Origin: Cyanobacteria bacterium auto_48_18
GTDB taxonomy: Bacteria > Cyanobacteriota > Vampirovibrionia > Obscuribacterales > Obscuribacteraceae
Assembly: GCA_036170915.1 (NCBI GenBank)
Contig: JAVHQC010000035.1
Coordinates: forward strand, 1 to 64,000
Direction: 5' to 3'
DNA: 64,000 nucleotides
The notes beneath the pieces were generated by a model. The model was not told where the DNA came from. It made no database searches and saw only the letters and a list, made by a program, of their open reading frames with translations. Each line of letters starts with the position of its first letter. Positions within the stretch are counted from its first letter, which is position 1. Position numbers and translations under genes: made by a program. Of this stretch, positions 45,121-56,364 are shown one piece after another.

Positions 45121-47314
45121 TTAGTGGCTCTGGCTTATAGGCTGCTCACCATTCTGCCGGGCTTTGATAGCTGCCACAGCCTCATGAGTGTTCATGTGCC
45201 CGCCGGAGCCGACATTCTGCCCGACTTCGTTTTGAGCATAACCGCTCAGACCCTGGCGAGAGGCTTCAATCATGGCGTTGATTTTGGGAGCAATGACGCC
45301 GATGGCGCTTTCAAGAGCACCTCTAGCAGCCAGGCAAGCAGCAAATCCGGCAAAGTTGCCACTGGTCAAACACTGGTTCATGGCTGCGACCACGTTGCCG
45401 TAGGCGCCGTAACAGGCACTGAGATCGCCGCCAGAAATAGTGGCAGGATTTCCAGCTTTGGCCGACAATGCACTGGCAGCACTGGACGCACTGGCCGAGG
45501 CTGAAGTTGCGGCCGCCTCTGAGGCTTGATATGCACCAGGAGAGGAGTTGGAGAGTCTCACACCATTAGAGAAACTAATATCACCGGTGGCGTTATCAAC
45601 GTAAGCTTTGCCGTTGAACAACTCAACGCCGTCAGGTGTAAACTTGAATGTTCCGTCAGTTCTCGAAAATTCGTGAGTCTCAGCATTATAAGTGGAAACT
45701 ACTTTTCCCTCTGCATCAAGTTCTTGCAGTCTCTTAGTAGGATCGTTATGGTCCATTCTGTAATTGGAAATCACTTTATCTTCAGCATCAGTGTAAGTAA
45801 TCTGCTGCTTACCGTCTGCTGCTTGCGTAGTGATTAACTTCTGCCCGGTAGTGGGATCAACACGCAACACGCTCGGTTACCACTTCGCCAGTAGTCGCGT
45901 CTCTTCGAATGCGCTCGTTGCCGCCAAATGAAATACCACGGCCATTAGGGTCTAATACTAACCCCTTAACTTCACGGCTCAACTCTTGAACTGTGCCCTG
46001 ACTGACCACATTGCCGTCTTTGTCTCGTCTAACAGCGCGGTTAGTTTTCGTGTCAAATTCATAACTGCCGCCGTCGTTGTTCAAGACTACTGCTAATCCT
46101 TCTTTGTTCATGGCAAATCTGGTGCCATTAGAAGAACCAATAATAGTACCGTTCTCAGCGTGCACAGCGCCTGTTCTGTTCCTTAGGAGCTCACGAGCCT
46201 CTCTGGCGGTTTTGAACTCCTGACCTATCTCAGTGAAGGCTTTGAAAGGTCCGAAAGTCTGGGCAATATTCTCACCTTCCATGTGAGTCGTAACGCCATC
46301 TTTAGTGATGGTGATTTTGTCTTTGCCGTGGCTTATGTACTCAGTACCGTCCTTAGTCCTGATAACCTGATCGCCATTTGCGAGACGGTCATAAGTAGTA
46401 CCTGACTTTTTATCCTCCATGTGGCTTTCTTTCGTCTTCGGATTCCAGAACGAAATAAGCTCATCGGTCTCATACTTGCGCTCTTTACCGCAAACTGTCG
46501 CCTTAGCGGAGCCGTCATAGGCGTCCAATCTAATTTTTTCTAGTTCTCCACTGGCAGTAGTGTCGGTGGAAATCTTCCACTTCGAATCTGTGGACATCGT
46601 TTTAACGTAGCTATTGAAGTCGAATGTGGTGGCCTCATCTAAAGCCATGTCAGCCTTTGAAAATAGGCCAGTAAACTTTTCTTTGCCCCAGCTCCAAGTG
46701 TTAGAGACTGTATCGCCCACACTGCTTGCGGCATCGCTAACCCAACCGAACAGGCCACCACCATTCTTAGCAGGTTCTGGAGTCAATTCAGGGGTCTTAC
46801 CAGCCACAAGAGTTTCTGGAGTTTTAGAAACTAACGAGACATCAGTTGTCGCAGCAAGATTACCCACAGTAAAGGCTGTCTTCTTAGCATCGTAACCAGC
46901 AATTGGCGCCGATAAATCTAGCAAGCCCTCAACTTTACTTGTAGAAAAAATTGGCTTAGTCACTTTAGATTCAGCAGTCTGGGCCGACTTATCTGGGGCC
47001 TTGATGCCAAACCAATAATTTCGCACTTCTTCTAAGGCATTCTCAGCCCAATTCTTGGCCTCAGCAGGCTCGTCTTTTTTAGCGTCTCCAGCCGGTTGAG
47101 TTGCGTCTGTCTTCTTCGCGTCTCCAGACGGTTGTGCAGCGTCTGTTTTCTTAGCATCACCGGTTGTGGCTGCGGCCTTTGTTGGGTCTTCTTTAACAGA
47201 ATCGGCTTTTAGCTTCTCCGCGGCGCCATCAGCAGCTTTTTTCTCAGCATCAGTTTCACCAGCCTTGGCTGGTTTGGTTTTGTCATCTACAACAGGCTTG
47301 GCAGCATCTGTCAT
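45121..47314 (-). pseudogene. Single ~728-aa hypothetical gene split by a 7-bp duplication (ORF track 45857..47314 + 45121..45870)
   Basis: AACACGC is duplicated at 45859-45872. Removing one copy gives 2187 nt in one frame reading ...TTGEVVTERVDPTTGQKLITT... Confidence 0.75.
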
Positions 47315-47632
47315 GATTTGGCGGAAACCCCTGAAACGTTGACGGTGCGAGTAAATTGGCTAGGGCCGGTGCTCGGAATGAACATCATCTGGTAAATGTG
47401 GCAATGCTGTGACCATTCTGAAGATAGCAAATACCCTTGTCAACGGTCGACTACGTATTTCTCCCACGCTTTTCTTCGTATTTCTCCCATCAAATGGGCA
47501 GAATTAATATTCCATATACCCATAAAACGTCACGAAGAACCGGAAAGCACATAAATGGAGGGCAAGAGCAGAAAAAGCGGGGGATTGCTATAGAATTGCT
47601 ACTACGGCATCAGATAGAGGTTTTCTGTATTT

Positions 47633-48538
47633 ATGGTTTTGTCTCGCTCACGCCGCGTGTATTCAGCTCTTGTTGCCGGGCTCGCCTTTACTTTTACGAC
47701 GTTCGCCCTCAGTGGCTGCCAGACAGTCAAGCTCTCCAACCAACCTGCTCACACCGGCGGCGCTAATCAGAATGCCGCCGCAGACACACCAGTGGCCGGC
47801 AATTGGCAGATATCTTATTCTGTGGGCAGCGAAACTCGCTCTGCTCATATGAACATCAGCCAGAACGGTACGTCTTTCCAGGGGCTGGGCACTGACGACA
47901 GCGACCAGCAAAATTTCGTCATTGATGCCGGCGTCATTAACGGCAAGTCAATCAGATTTCACAAGCGCTATCACGTTGACGAAAATCCTAATTTACCGCC
48001 CATTGTTTATATCGGTAATTTTGAAATGACTAAAGGGGCCGAATATAGCGGGCCCTACATGTCTGGCACTTATAAGGTAGTGAAAAACGGTCAAACTGTC
48101 GAAGGCCAGTGGGACGCCGAAATTGCAGGTGGTGGCGGTGTTACCGCAACACCCACACAACAACAGGCTCCACCACCAGTGAACAGCAACCACCGTCCGC
48201 ACCTATCTGGTAAGTGGGATGCCGGTTACGAATTCGAGTTCAAAACTGTGCGCTCCAGCATGTATTTGGAACAAGACGGCAATAAAATCACGGGTCACGG
48301 AATGGACCGGGCCAGCAAAGAAGCATTCAATATTAAGGGTGTCTATAAATATCCTGAAATCAAAATGTGGGTCAAATATTTGCCGGTAAAGGCCAGTGGC
48401 AAAAACAAGGCTAAAGGCGAGCGATCACTGGAATTTAGAGGCAAAGCTTCTGTAGTTAACGAAGCTGAATATCAGGGCACCAGGATGGAAGGCAAAACTA
48501 ATGGTGGTGGCATGTGGATGGCCGAACAAGTCAGGTAA
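47633..48538 (+). CDS. Lipoprotein with two internally repeated beta-rich domains
   Basis: Lipobox LSGC. Repeats GNWQISY...QNGTSFQGLGTD / GKWDAGY...QDGNKITGHGMD and EYSGPYMSG / EYQGTRMEG. Confidence 0.75.
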   Translation: MVLSRSRRVYSALVAGLAFTFTTFALSGCQTVKLSNQPAHTGGANQNAAADTPVAGNWQISYSVGSETRSAHMNISQNGTSFQGLGTDDSDQQNFVIDAGVINGKSIRFHKRYHVDENPNLPPIVYIGNFEMTKGAEYSGPYMSGTYKVVKNGQTVEGQWDAEIAGGGGVTATPTQQQAPPPVNSNHRPHLSGKWDAGYEFEFKTVRSSMYLEQDGNKITGHGMDRASKEAFNIKGVYKYPEIKMWVKYLPVKASGKNKAKGERSLEFRGKASVVNEAEYQGTRMEGKTNGGGMWMAEQVR

Positions 48539-49527
48539 GCACTGGGTTTATTAGCCGGCACCAGCAGCGGTACCACAAGAAACTATCTCAATGTTGGCCG
48601 CAATTAGTGGCCTGTTTACTAGCGTGCCTTTCTATTTCGGCGCTTGCATGTGCTCTCGCTGCGCCCGTGGCAAAAAAGTACATAACCGTTTCGTTTCCCC
48701 GCGATAAGGCGCTGGCTGAGCTCATTGTTTACGATTTTGACGAAGAGAACCATCAAACCATTTCAAGACGCTCTCGCTTAATGGCTCAGGGCCAGGTCAA
48801 AATTCCTGCCAATTCGTCTATTGTAATGATTCTCACCTTCGACGGGCTGGAACACCTGAGCAGCCTCGAACAGTTAAGTGAGCAGGTAGCAGAACTTTCG
48901 GCAAGTAAGCTCGAACTAGAAGACAAACACATGCCGCACTTGAAAAAATTTCCCAAAATTCGGCGGCTCAATTTAAACGACGCGCTTATTACCGATAAGT
49001 CTCTGCCAATAATTGGAAATTTAAAAGAGATCAATGATTTACGCCTGAGCAGCACAGACGTCACTGGCACCGGATTTGGTGCACTGACCGGCCTGCCTTT
49101 GAAGGTAGTCAATTTAAGTGGAATTAGTTTGAAGCCGGGCACTTTGAGTAATATCAAAAGTCTGCCCGAGAGACTTACGGATCTCAACGTGAGCAAGACG
49201 GGCTGTACGGCTATAGACATGGCCTTTATAGGTCAATGCGCCAAGCTGACCAATCTCGATATCAGCGGCAACAAACAAATTGGCGACGGCTCAACTAAAT
49301 ATCTCATTAAGCTGACAAAACTGAAAACATTGCAGCTGCAAGATACTTCAATAACGGAAAAAAGCTTGCCACAACTAGCAAAGCTACCGTTTTTGAAAAA
49401 GCTTGTAGTACGCAATAGGAGCTTCTGGATTAAAGGCTTCGGTAAGTCGCCAAAAAGCACCCTGGCAATCTACGACGTCTCAACTTCCGGTAATTCTTCA
49501 GCCGATATGTTTGAGCCTCTTCATTGA
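48514..49527 (+). CDS. Leucine-rich repeat protein (start uncertain)
   Basis: Repeated LxxLxLxxxxI(T/G)D units (RRLNLNDALITD, DLRLSSTDVTG, TLQLQDTSITE). Confidence 0.8.
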   Translation: MDGRTSQVSTGFISRHQQRYHKKLSQCWPQLVACLLACLSISALACALAAPVAKKYITVSFPRDKALAELIVYDFDEENHQTISRRSRLMAQGQVKIPANSSIVMILTFDGLEHLSSLEQLSEQVAELSASKLELEDKHMPHLKKFPKIRRLNLNDALITDKSLPIIGNLKEINDLRLSSTDVTGTGFGALTGLPLKVVNLSGISLKPGTLSNIKSLPERLTDLNVSKTGCTAIDMAFIGQCAKLTNLDISGNKQIGDGSTKYLIKLTKLKTLQLQDTSITEKSLPQLAKLPFLKKLVVRNRSFWIKGFGKSPKSTLAIYDVSTSGNSSADMFEPLH

Positions 49528-49532
49528 GATGT

Positions 49533-50786
49533 CTAAATTACACCCAGTTTTTTGCCTACTTTGGCAAAAGCACTGAGGGCTTTATCTAGGTCGGCCACTT
49601 CGTGAGCGGCAGAAATCTGCACACGTAAACGTGCTTCGCCGTTGGGAACAACTGGATACCAGAGACCACGAACATAGACACCTTCATCAAGCAACTGGTT
49701 CGACATATCCATGGCAGTGGCAGCTTCACCAACCATTACGGGCACGATCGGATGAATGCCTTCCAATATAGTGAAGCCCAATCGCTTCACTTCTTTTCTA
49801 AAGTAATCAGTATTCTGGTGCAATTTTTCTACAAGGCTAGTGTCTTCTTCCAACATATTGATTGCTTCTATAGCGGCACAGACAATGGCCGGCGGTAAGG
49901 AATTAGAAAAAGTATAAGGCCGAGATTTTTGGCGCAAGAAATCAACTAGATGCTTTTTGCCAGCAATAAAGCCACCAGCCGCTCCACCGAGAGCTTTGCC
50001 AAGTGTGCCTGAAATCACGTCTATTTTGCCGTGTACTCCACAGTGTTCAGGAGTACCACGTCCGCTGGCACCCAGCACACCGGTAGAATGCGATTCATCC
50101 ACAAATAAAAGAGCATCATTTGTTTTGGCTAGGTCCACAAATTCTTGCAGCGGAGCAAACTCACCTTCCATGCTGAAGACGCCATCTGTGGCAATAATTG
50201 AAAGTCTGTAGTCTTTAGCTTTGTCTTCGCTTATGGCGGTACGCAGTTGTTGAATATTATTGTGCTGATATGCTCTCAAGTCTGTAGTTTTAACGGCTAT
50301 ACGAGAAAGTCTGATACCGTCGATGATACTGGCATGATTGAGAGCATCTGAATAAATCACATCGCGATAATCACTGGCGCCCAGCTGGGCTCCTACTAAG
50401 GCGGCGAAGAAAGCTTCGTTGGCGGCAAAGCAAGAAGAGTGAAGAATAGCGGCTTCTGTGCCTAAAAATCTGGCCAGGCGCTCTTCTAACTCGAGGTGAA
50501 TTTTTTGAGTGCCGCAAATAAACCTTACCGATGCCAGTCCATAACCATGTTGATCAATGCCTTTGCGAGCAGCAGCGACAATGCGCGGATGATTAGCCAG
50601 ACCAAGATAATTATTGGATGCCAGCATAACTTGCTGACGGCCATTTGCCTGCACGAGGCCGCCTTGCACGCTGTCTACAGGCACTTCGTATTTATAGGTT
50701 TTAGCTTCCTTAGCCTGCTCAAGTTCTCGATCTAGAGCCTGATAAAGTGATTTCACTCCCAACTTTTTGGCTACGCTCTGGCTCAT
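49533..50786 (-). CDS. kbl: Glycine C-acetyltransferase (2-amino-3-ketobutyrate CoA ligase)
   Basis: [53 protein letters not shown] before ATG 50786. Adjacent to tdh. Confidence 0.92.
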   Translation of the reverse strand: MSQSVAKKLGVKSLYQALDRELEQAKEAKTYKYEVPVDSVQGGLVQANGRQQVMLASNNYLGLANHPRIVAAARKGIDQHGYGLASVRFICGTQKIHLELEERLARFLGTEAAILHSSCFAANEAFFAALVGAQLGASDYRDVIYSDALNHASIIDGIRLSRIAVKTTDLRAYQHNNIQQLRTAISEDKAKDYRLSIIATDGVFSMEGEFAPLQEFVDLAKTNDALLFVDESHSTGVLGASGRGTPEHCGVHGKIDVISGTLGKALGGAAGGFIAGKKHLVDFLRQKSRPYTFSNSLPPAIVCAAIEAINMLEEDTSLVEKLHQNTDYFRKEVKRLGFTILEGIHPIVPVMVGEAATAMDMSNQLLDEGVYVRGLWYPVVPNGEARLRVQISAAHEVADLDKALSAFAKVGKKLGVI

Positions 50787-50799
50787 TTTCCTAACCTCT

Positions 50800-52041
50800 T
50801 TATTTAGTTGCATCTTGAGGGCTAAATACCAATTTCATTTCTTTGCCGCTCACCAGCGACTCAAAGGCATTTTGATAATCATCAAGCGGATAAAGACCTG
50901 GAGCAATCACCCTCGAAAGTCGCTCCTGCAGCCCGTTATGATCTTCCTTAAGCAAGTTGAGCATAGTTTCCCAGGTGTCGAACATACGGCGACCAAAAAT
51001 GCCCTTGACGGTTACGCCTTTCCAGATGACACCGTTGGCGATATCAAAGTTCGCCAGGGGTTTTCTGGCAATGCCAAGCAAAATCACTAGGCCACCGTTG
51101 CGCACAATATGAAAAGCGTCTGTGTAAGCCGAAGGCGAGCCGGACATCTCCAGCACCACATCTACACCATTGGCTCCAGTTTCGTATTTATCAACGGCAG
51201 CGTAAAGTTTGCTTGAACCCTGGCCAACATCGAAACAATGACGAACACCAAAGTCAGCAGCTAATTTAAAGCGCCTGTCGACATCAGCGGCTTCAGTAAG
51301 ATAAATGCGCGAAGCACCGAAGTCTTTGCACAATGCCGCCGCCATTAAACCAAGCGGTCCGGCGCCGAGAATAGCAACTGATTTGCCTCGCACATCTGCT
51401 TCTGAAACAGTGTGTACTGCATTGCCAAAGGCATCGAGCAAGGCACCAATGCGGGGCGGAATAATGGAAGTGTCACCACCTTTACCAAGAAGAATGACAT
51501 TCTTGTAAGGTACAGTGACCGCTCGCGCGAAGCATCCATCTAAATGTACGCCTTTGACTTTTACTGATGTGCAAATGTGCTCGCTGCCAGTACGACATAG
51601 AAGACAATGCCCACAGGCCAGGTGCATTTCTGCGGTGACGTAATCGCCAACTTCTACACGCAGGTGATCAGGAGCAGCCTTGCTGCCGGCTTCAGCACCG
51701 TCACCCACTTCTTCTACGATGCCACAAAACTCATGACCGACAACAATGGGAGAATACTTAACCCCTTCTCCTATATAGCGTTTCATCTCATTGCGAATAC
51801 CTTCGTTTTGAGAACTGGCGAAAATGCTTTTGTCAGTACCGCAAACAGCAGTTGCGAGAACTCTGATTTTCACTTCGTCCAACTTCAATTGCGGCTCTGG
51901 ATGATCGCTCATCAAGGTCAGCCCATCGCGGTCTAAATCTTCTTTGATGAGACATTTCATGCCTTTGTTACCTTCTGCGTGTTTGTTACCTGAATCTTTT
52001 GCAAGAGCGTTCGCATCAGAAGTAGAACTGGTGGTGGCCAT
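50800..52041 (-). CDS. tdh: L-threonine 3-dehydrogenase (Zn-dependent MDR)
   Basis: [36 protein letters not shown]. Directly upstream of kbl. Confidence 0.88.
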   Translation of the reverse strand: MATTSSTSDANALAKDSGNKHAEGNKGMKCLIKEDLDRDGLTLMSDHPEPQLKLDEVKIRVLATAVCGTDKSIFASSQNEGIRNEMKRYIGEGVKYSPIVVGHEFCGIVEEVGDGAEAGSKAAPDHLRVEVGDYVTAEMHLACGHCLLCRTGSEHICTSVKVKGVHLDGCFARAVTVPYKNVILLGKGGDTSIIPPRIGALLDAFGNAVHTVSEADVRGKSVAILGAGPLGLMAAALCKDFGASRIYLTEAADVDRRFKLAADFGVRHCFDVGQGSSKLYAAVDKYETGANGVDVVLEMSGSPSAYTDAFHIVRNGGLVILLGIARKPLANFDIANGVIWKGVTVKGIFGRRMFDTWETMLNLLKEDHNGLQERLSRVIAPGLYPLDDYQNAFESLVSGKEMKLVFSPQDATK

Positions 52042-52286
52042 TTGAATCTGTGGTCCTCGCTTGGAAAGTTACAGAAAAGCAACGAAAACAAATTTACTTC
52101 ACATTACCTATAAAGCTCAAGCCATTGAAAGACGCAGCTTTTACAGGCATTTTGATGTTGTATGTACTGAAGATATAGTCCCTTAGCGTTTCTTTAGTTG
52201 CCAAGGCTGAGTGATGCACCTACAGTGAACTGCATCACCTCAACAATTTCTTCATTATTCAAACCGACCCCTTAAAGGAAACAGCA

Positions 52287-52616
52287 ATGAACTTTGACCC
52301 CGCCTCATTCGAGCATATCGACTTTGACCTCTGCCGAAATGTCAGCGCTCAAATACATTCCATTGAATCTGCTATCGAAAACACAGTGGTTGAAAATATC
52401 GTCGCCGGCAGCGGCGGGCCCGAAAACAATGAAACCACAGACGCAGGCTTGCGTTTCGTGCGTCACCTACTGGTCAATTCAAGATCTATGCGCTTTGGTT
52501 TCATGCCAAATTTGAAAGACATGCAGCACATTCGTCAAATCGCTCAAGAATACATTCGTGGCTGTGGCAACGGCCCGCTTGCCCTTGAAACCATGTATCA
52601 AGTAATGCAGCCTTAA
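52287..52616 (+). CDS. Hypothetical protein
   Basis: AAGGA RBS and ATG. Fills the gap between oppositely oriented genes. Confidence 0.5.
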   Translation: MNFDPASFEHIDFDLCRNVSAQIHSIESAIENTVVENIVAGSGGPENNETTDAGLRFVRHLLVNSRSMRFGFMPNLKDMQHIRQIAQEYIRGCGNGPLALETMYQVMQP

Positions 52617-52634
52617 AAAGTACTTCGCACCAAA

Positions 52635-53138
52635 TTACTTTGCAGTTGGATGAGCAATCAATTGTTCAAGAGCGCTCTGATACTGCAAAGGCTCCATGTA
52701 GCCGCTTAAGCGACCAATGAATTTTCCTTGCGTATCAAACACCAGAGAGCATGGAAAACCGTGAACATTGTATTTGCTGGCGGCATCGCGCGATTCTTTT
52801 GAACCTTCAGCGTTGACTTTAACGCAGACAAATTTGCTCTTCAGATATTTGACCATTTGCGCGTCGGCAAAAGTGTCTTTGTCTAATTTTTTGCACCAAC
52901 CGCACCAGTCTGTATAGACGTCGGCTAAAACATACTTGTTTTTGGCTTTGGCTTCCGTCAAACCTTCGCTCAAGCTATTTTTCCAGCCGAGGCCACCTGC
53001 GGCTGCAGCCGAGAAATGGCCACCACCGCTGTAAGTTCCAGGATAGAACACCATTGAACTGACCACACCGGCTGCCAGTGCTACTGAGCTGACAACAAGA
53101 AGAACAGAGCGGGCGACTAAACTTTTTGAACGTTTCAT
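52635..53138 (-). CDS. Exported thioredoxin-fold protein (SoxW/DsbD-gamma-like)
   Basis: N-terminal signal/anchor, YTDWCGWCKKL, cis-Pro motif GFP, GYM. AAGGA RBS before ATG 53138. Confidence 0.85.
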   Translation of the reverse strand: MKRSKSLVARSVLLVVSSVALAAGVVSSMVFYPGTYSGGGHFSAAAAGGLGWKNSLSEGLTEAKAKNKYVLADVYTDWCGWCKKLDKDTFADAQMVKYLKSKFVCVKVNAEGSKESRDAASKYNVHGFPCSLVFDTQGKFIGRLSGYMEPLQYQSALEQLIAHPTAK

Positions 53139-53245
53139 GGTCTTTCCTTTGAAAACTTGTGACATGGCTCATTTAACTCTCGACGCTTACTGACTGTGTT
53201 TGTTTCCGGACAAATCCTGCTTACAGATTTTCTTGAGGTTTTTCT

Positions 53246-55258
53246 TTAATCAGTTAAGTCCAGTACTTCGGACTTGACCACTTTTAGGGGCGGGAAACCG
53301 CACTTTAAGAATTTATCGTGAAAATCTAGAAGACTGAACTTGTCGCCCATTTTAGCTTTGTATTGATCGCGCATAGCTAAAATCTTTAGTTTGCCCAGGG
53401 TGTAAACCAAATAAGTGGGGTCTTTGGTGCCCCGCTTGGTTTCACGCTCAGCATTGGCTTTTTCCATAAAACCTTCCTTCTCAAAGAACTTTATACCTTG
53501 ATCGTAAGTCATGCTGCGAGTATGCATTTCAATGCCGACTATATATCTACAAGCACGCAAGAGGGCATCATGCACTTGAATCATGGCCAATTTTTTCTGG
53601 GCTATGGTGTCACCCGGCGAAAGTGCTGCCCCAAGACCTTCTTCAATCATCATTTCTTCGCAATAGTGAGCCCAGCCTTCAGCATTGGAAGAACAACCCA
53701 AAAGCTTGCGCACCTTAGATGGTGCATGTTTGACCCACAAGAATTGCACGTAATGACCTGGATAAGCCTCATGCACACTGGTATTGATTAAATCGGGATA
53801 ACTGAAGAAACGCATGTGCTCTTCAATGTGTTTTTTATCCCATTCAGGCTCAATTGGAGTCACATAATAGAAAGCCTCTTTTGCCTTATCTTCATAAGGG
53901 CCAGGAGTATCCATGGAGGCGAAGGTTAGAGCGCGCATGAAAGACGGACTTTCAGCCACGGTCACTCTATCTGTTGAGGGAATGGTTGCAATTTTTTTGT
54001 CCACCACAAATTTCGAGATGCGATCGAGCACATCGGCAGTGGCGGGCACTATTTTATCGGGGCTAGGGTGATCACTGGCAATGTTATCAAAACACTCTCG
54101 CACGCTGACTTTGGGATCGATTTCATGAGCCAGTTCTCTAAAGCGCGCCTGTAGCCTTTTTAATTCCTTATAGCCATTAGCAAGAATGACATCAAGTTTT
54201 TCGTCTTCCATTTCGTCATATCTAAGCTTCTTGGCATAAGCATCGGCACCAATTGGGAAAGTGCCTTTTGCATTTGGCACTACTTTTTCTTTGATGAAAG
54301 TCTGATAGTCGATAAGGGCCGCAATGAGCTTTTCATTGGCTTTAGTGAAACGTTCTTTTAAAGCCGGATCTGCATCTTTAAAAGCGTCTGGAATAGTTTT
54401 CTTGAATAAATCAATGGTGCCGGGCAATTGTTCGAGGGCAATTTGGCAGTAAATCGGCGGCACTTTATTTGGTATCAAGTTCGCTTTGCCCGCTTCGAGC
54501 ACTGATGGAGCTTTCTCAATGCGCGCGATTGCTGAGGCGAACCGTTCATTGACAGGGGCGAAATTGCGCTTGGCCAGCGCGAAGACGCTATCGGCAATCA
54601 GAGAAGGATATTTGTCGGGATCGCGTTCAAAGGAGCGGAGTTGCTGGAGATCCAAAAGATTGGCTGAGATATTGGCCTGGATCATGGAGAGATCGAGGCG
54701 CTGGGCACGAGGCAATCTGTCGAATCGCGAATCTCGAAACAATCCTTGAAAACGAACCAAGTCTGCTTCGAATCGATTCAAAGCCACTGGTGATAAATTC
54801 TCCAGCTGACTGTCATATTTATGAAAGCCCGCTTGAGTGCCCCAAGAAGGGCTGTTGGCAAAAGCGGAAGAGAAATATTCTTCAACTAGACTCTCGTAGA
54901 TAAGAACTAGATGACTAACTTCAATCAATGGTAGTCGGTTCGGGCGAAGACTTGAATTGCGTTCCAGTCGGTGACGCAGGGCAGGTTCTTCCAGTAAATT
55001 TACTGCACCTGTTGGACCAGCCGGGACATCTGGGGGCATATGGTCAGGCGGATGCTTTCTGTGTACATCAACCCAGGGAGCCTCGGCATTCTTTGAGCCG
55101 TCGAGCTTAATCACTTGCACTTGGGCACTGGCATCCTGGCAAAGTTGCGACGAAAGCAAAACCAGCAACATCAGACTGGCAACTTTGACTATGTAATTTT
55201 CAAAATTTACCTCCGGAGGTAAAGTTTGAGACCGACGCTTCAATGACATAAAAGACAC
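53246..55258 (-). CDS. DUF885-family (zincin-like) secreted protein
   Basis: HEAYPGHYVQ, EGWAHYCE, LVYTLGKL, FHD. Start uncertain. Confidence 0.88.
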   Translation of the reverse strand: MSFMSLKRRSQTLPPEVNFENYIVKVASLMLLVLLSSQLCQDASAQVQVIKLDGSKNAEAPWVDVHRKHPPDHMPPDVPAGPTGAVNLLEEPALRHRLERNSSLRPNRLPLIEVSHLVLIYESLVEEYFSSAFANSPSWGTQAGFHKYDSQLENLSPVALNRFEADLVRFQGLFRDSRFDRLPRAQRLDLSMIQANISANLLDLQQLRSFERDPDKYPSLIADSVFALAKRNFAPVNERFASAIARIEKAPSVLEAGKANLIPNKVPPIYCQIALEQLPGTIDLFKKTIPDAFKDADPALKERFTKANEKLIAALIDYQTFIKEKVVPNAKGTFPIGADAYAKKLRYDEMEDEKLDVILANGYKELKRLQARFRELAHEIDPKVSVRECFDNIASDHPSPDKIVPATADVLDRISKFVVDKKIATIPSTDRVTVAESPSFMRALTFASMDTPGPYEDKAKEAFYYVTPIEPEWDKKHIEEHMRFFSYPDLINTSVHEAYPGHYVQFLWVKHAPSKVRKLLGCSSNAEGWAHYCEEMMIEEGLGAALSPGDTIAQKKLAMIQVHDALLRACRYIVGIEMHTRSMTYDQGIKFFEKEGFMEKANAERETKRGTKDPTYLVYTLGKLKILAMRDQYKAKMGDKFSLLDFHDKFLKCGFPPLKVVKSEVLDLTD

Positions 55259-55480
55259 TTGCTTTTCCTAATTTGCTTAAGTGAACTAAGCATAATCTGT
55301 CGCAAGGCAGATTTACACATAAAGAAACAATTGAGAATGTTCAAGGGCAGGAAATAAAGAGTCAAACTACCCTGATATAAAGAGCTTTTCGTTAAGTAGG
55401 AGCTATCTCTTATTAACAATTGGGGAAGACGCTGCCATATGTAGGTAGAATCTTTGAGTTAAGGATACCCAGAAGGTTTT

Positions 55481-56320
55481 ATGTCAGCCGGTTTAAACAT
55501 TTACGTCTTGGTCAAACAGGTACCAGATACCGGTTCAAAAGCTGGTCTCAACCCTGACGGAACCATTGATAGAGCAAAAGCCAAGCGCATGCTCAACCCC
55601 TTTGATCGCTTTGCCTTGCAAGCAGCCTTGCATGCCAAGCGCACATATGGCGGAAAAGTCACAGCCATTTCCATGGGACCACCCCCAGCGGTAGAGATTC
55701 TCCTGGAAACCCTGGAGCATGGGGTGGATGAAGCTTACTTGCTTTCTGACAGAAGGCTCGCAGCTTCCGACACACTGGCAACGGCATACGCTCTTTATAA
55801 GGTTTTGAATCACATCGGCAAACCCGATTTGATTTTCTGCGGTTTGCAAACCACTGACGGTGATACTGCGCAAGTTGGCCCACAACTAGCTGAACGCCTC
55901 GGTCTACCGCAAGTCACCTACTGCGAAGACTTTCATATGGAAGATGGCAAAGTGCACGCTCGCCGCATTATTGAAGGCGGTTATCAAAAGGTTGTAGCGG
56001 ATACACCACTCTTGATCACTGTAGCCAATTCATATCATCCACTTGAATATAAATCTTTCAGAGGCGCATATAAAGTAAGAAGATTGGCCCGCGATCAAGA
56101 AGAGATGAAAAAATATATTCACACTATCGATCTTGATCTGGTCGGTGCCGATCCTGATCGCACTGGGTTGAAGGGTTCACCTACAATCGTCGCCTGGACA
56201 GAGAAAGTGGGTGAATTGGGTGGAAATTGTACGATGCATGAAGGCCATTCCACTCAGGAACTGGTGCATGACGTCATAACCGCAAGCGCAGTCAACCAAT
56301 TTTTGCTGGCAAAGTCCTAG
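55481..56320 (+). CDS. etfB: Electron transfer flavoprotein beta subunit (FixA-like)
   Basis: KQVPDT, NPFD, SMGPP, SDTLAT, DGDTAQVGP, GLKGSPT. Confidence 0.93.
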   Translation: MSAGLNIYVLVKQVPDTGSKAGLNPDGTIDRAKAKRMLNPFDRFALQAALHAKRTYGGKVTAISMGPPPAVEILLETLEHGVDEAYLLSDRRLAASDTLATAYALYKVLNHIGKPDLIFCGLQTTDGDTAQVGPQLAERLGLPQVTYCEDFHMEDGKVHARRIIEGGYQKVVADTPLLITVANSYHPLEYKSFRGAYKVRRLARDQEEMKKYIHTIDLDLVGADPDRTGLKGSPTIVAWTEKVGELGGNCTMHEGHSTQELVHDVITASAVNQFLLAKS

Positions 56321-56364
56321 AGTAAATAGAGTTCTGGTTCGAAGTTTAGATCAGAGATAAAAAA

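Noticed and set aside
45055..45504. 149-aa plus-strand ORF and other short antisense ORFs in the track
   Set aside because: They lie opposite better-supported genes and show no recognisable motifs.
49533..50786. Serine palmitoyltransferase linking to a sphingolipid pathway
   Set aside because: SVRFICGT and RQ.SRPY.FSN motifs plus adjacency to tdh indicate Kbl, and it lies 25 kb from the lipid cluster.
55274..55292. TGCTTA-N7-TAAGCA inverted repeat upstream of etfB
   Set aside because: 6-bp arms in an AT-rich spacer can occur by chance, and no second copy was seen.
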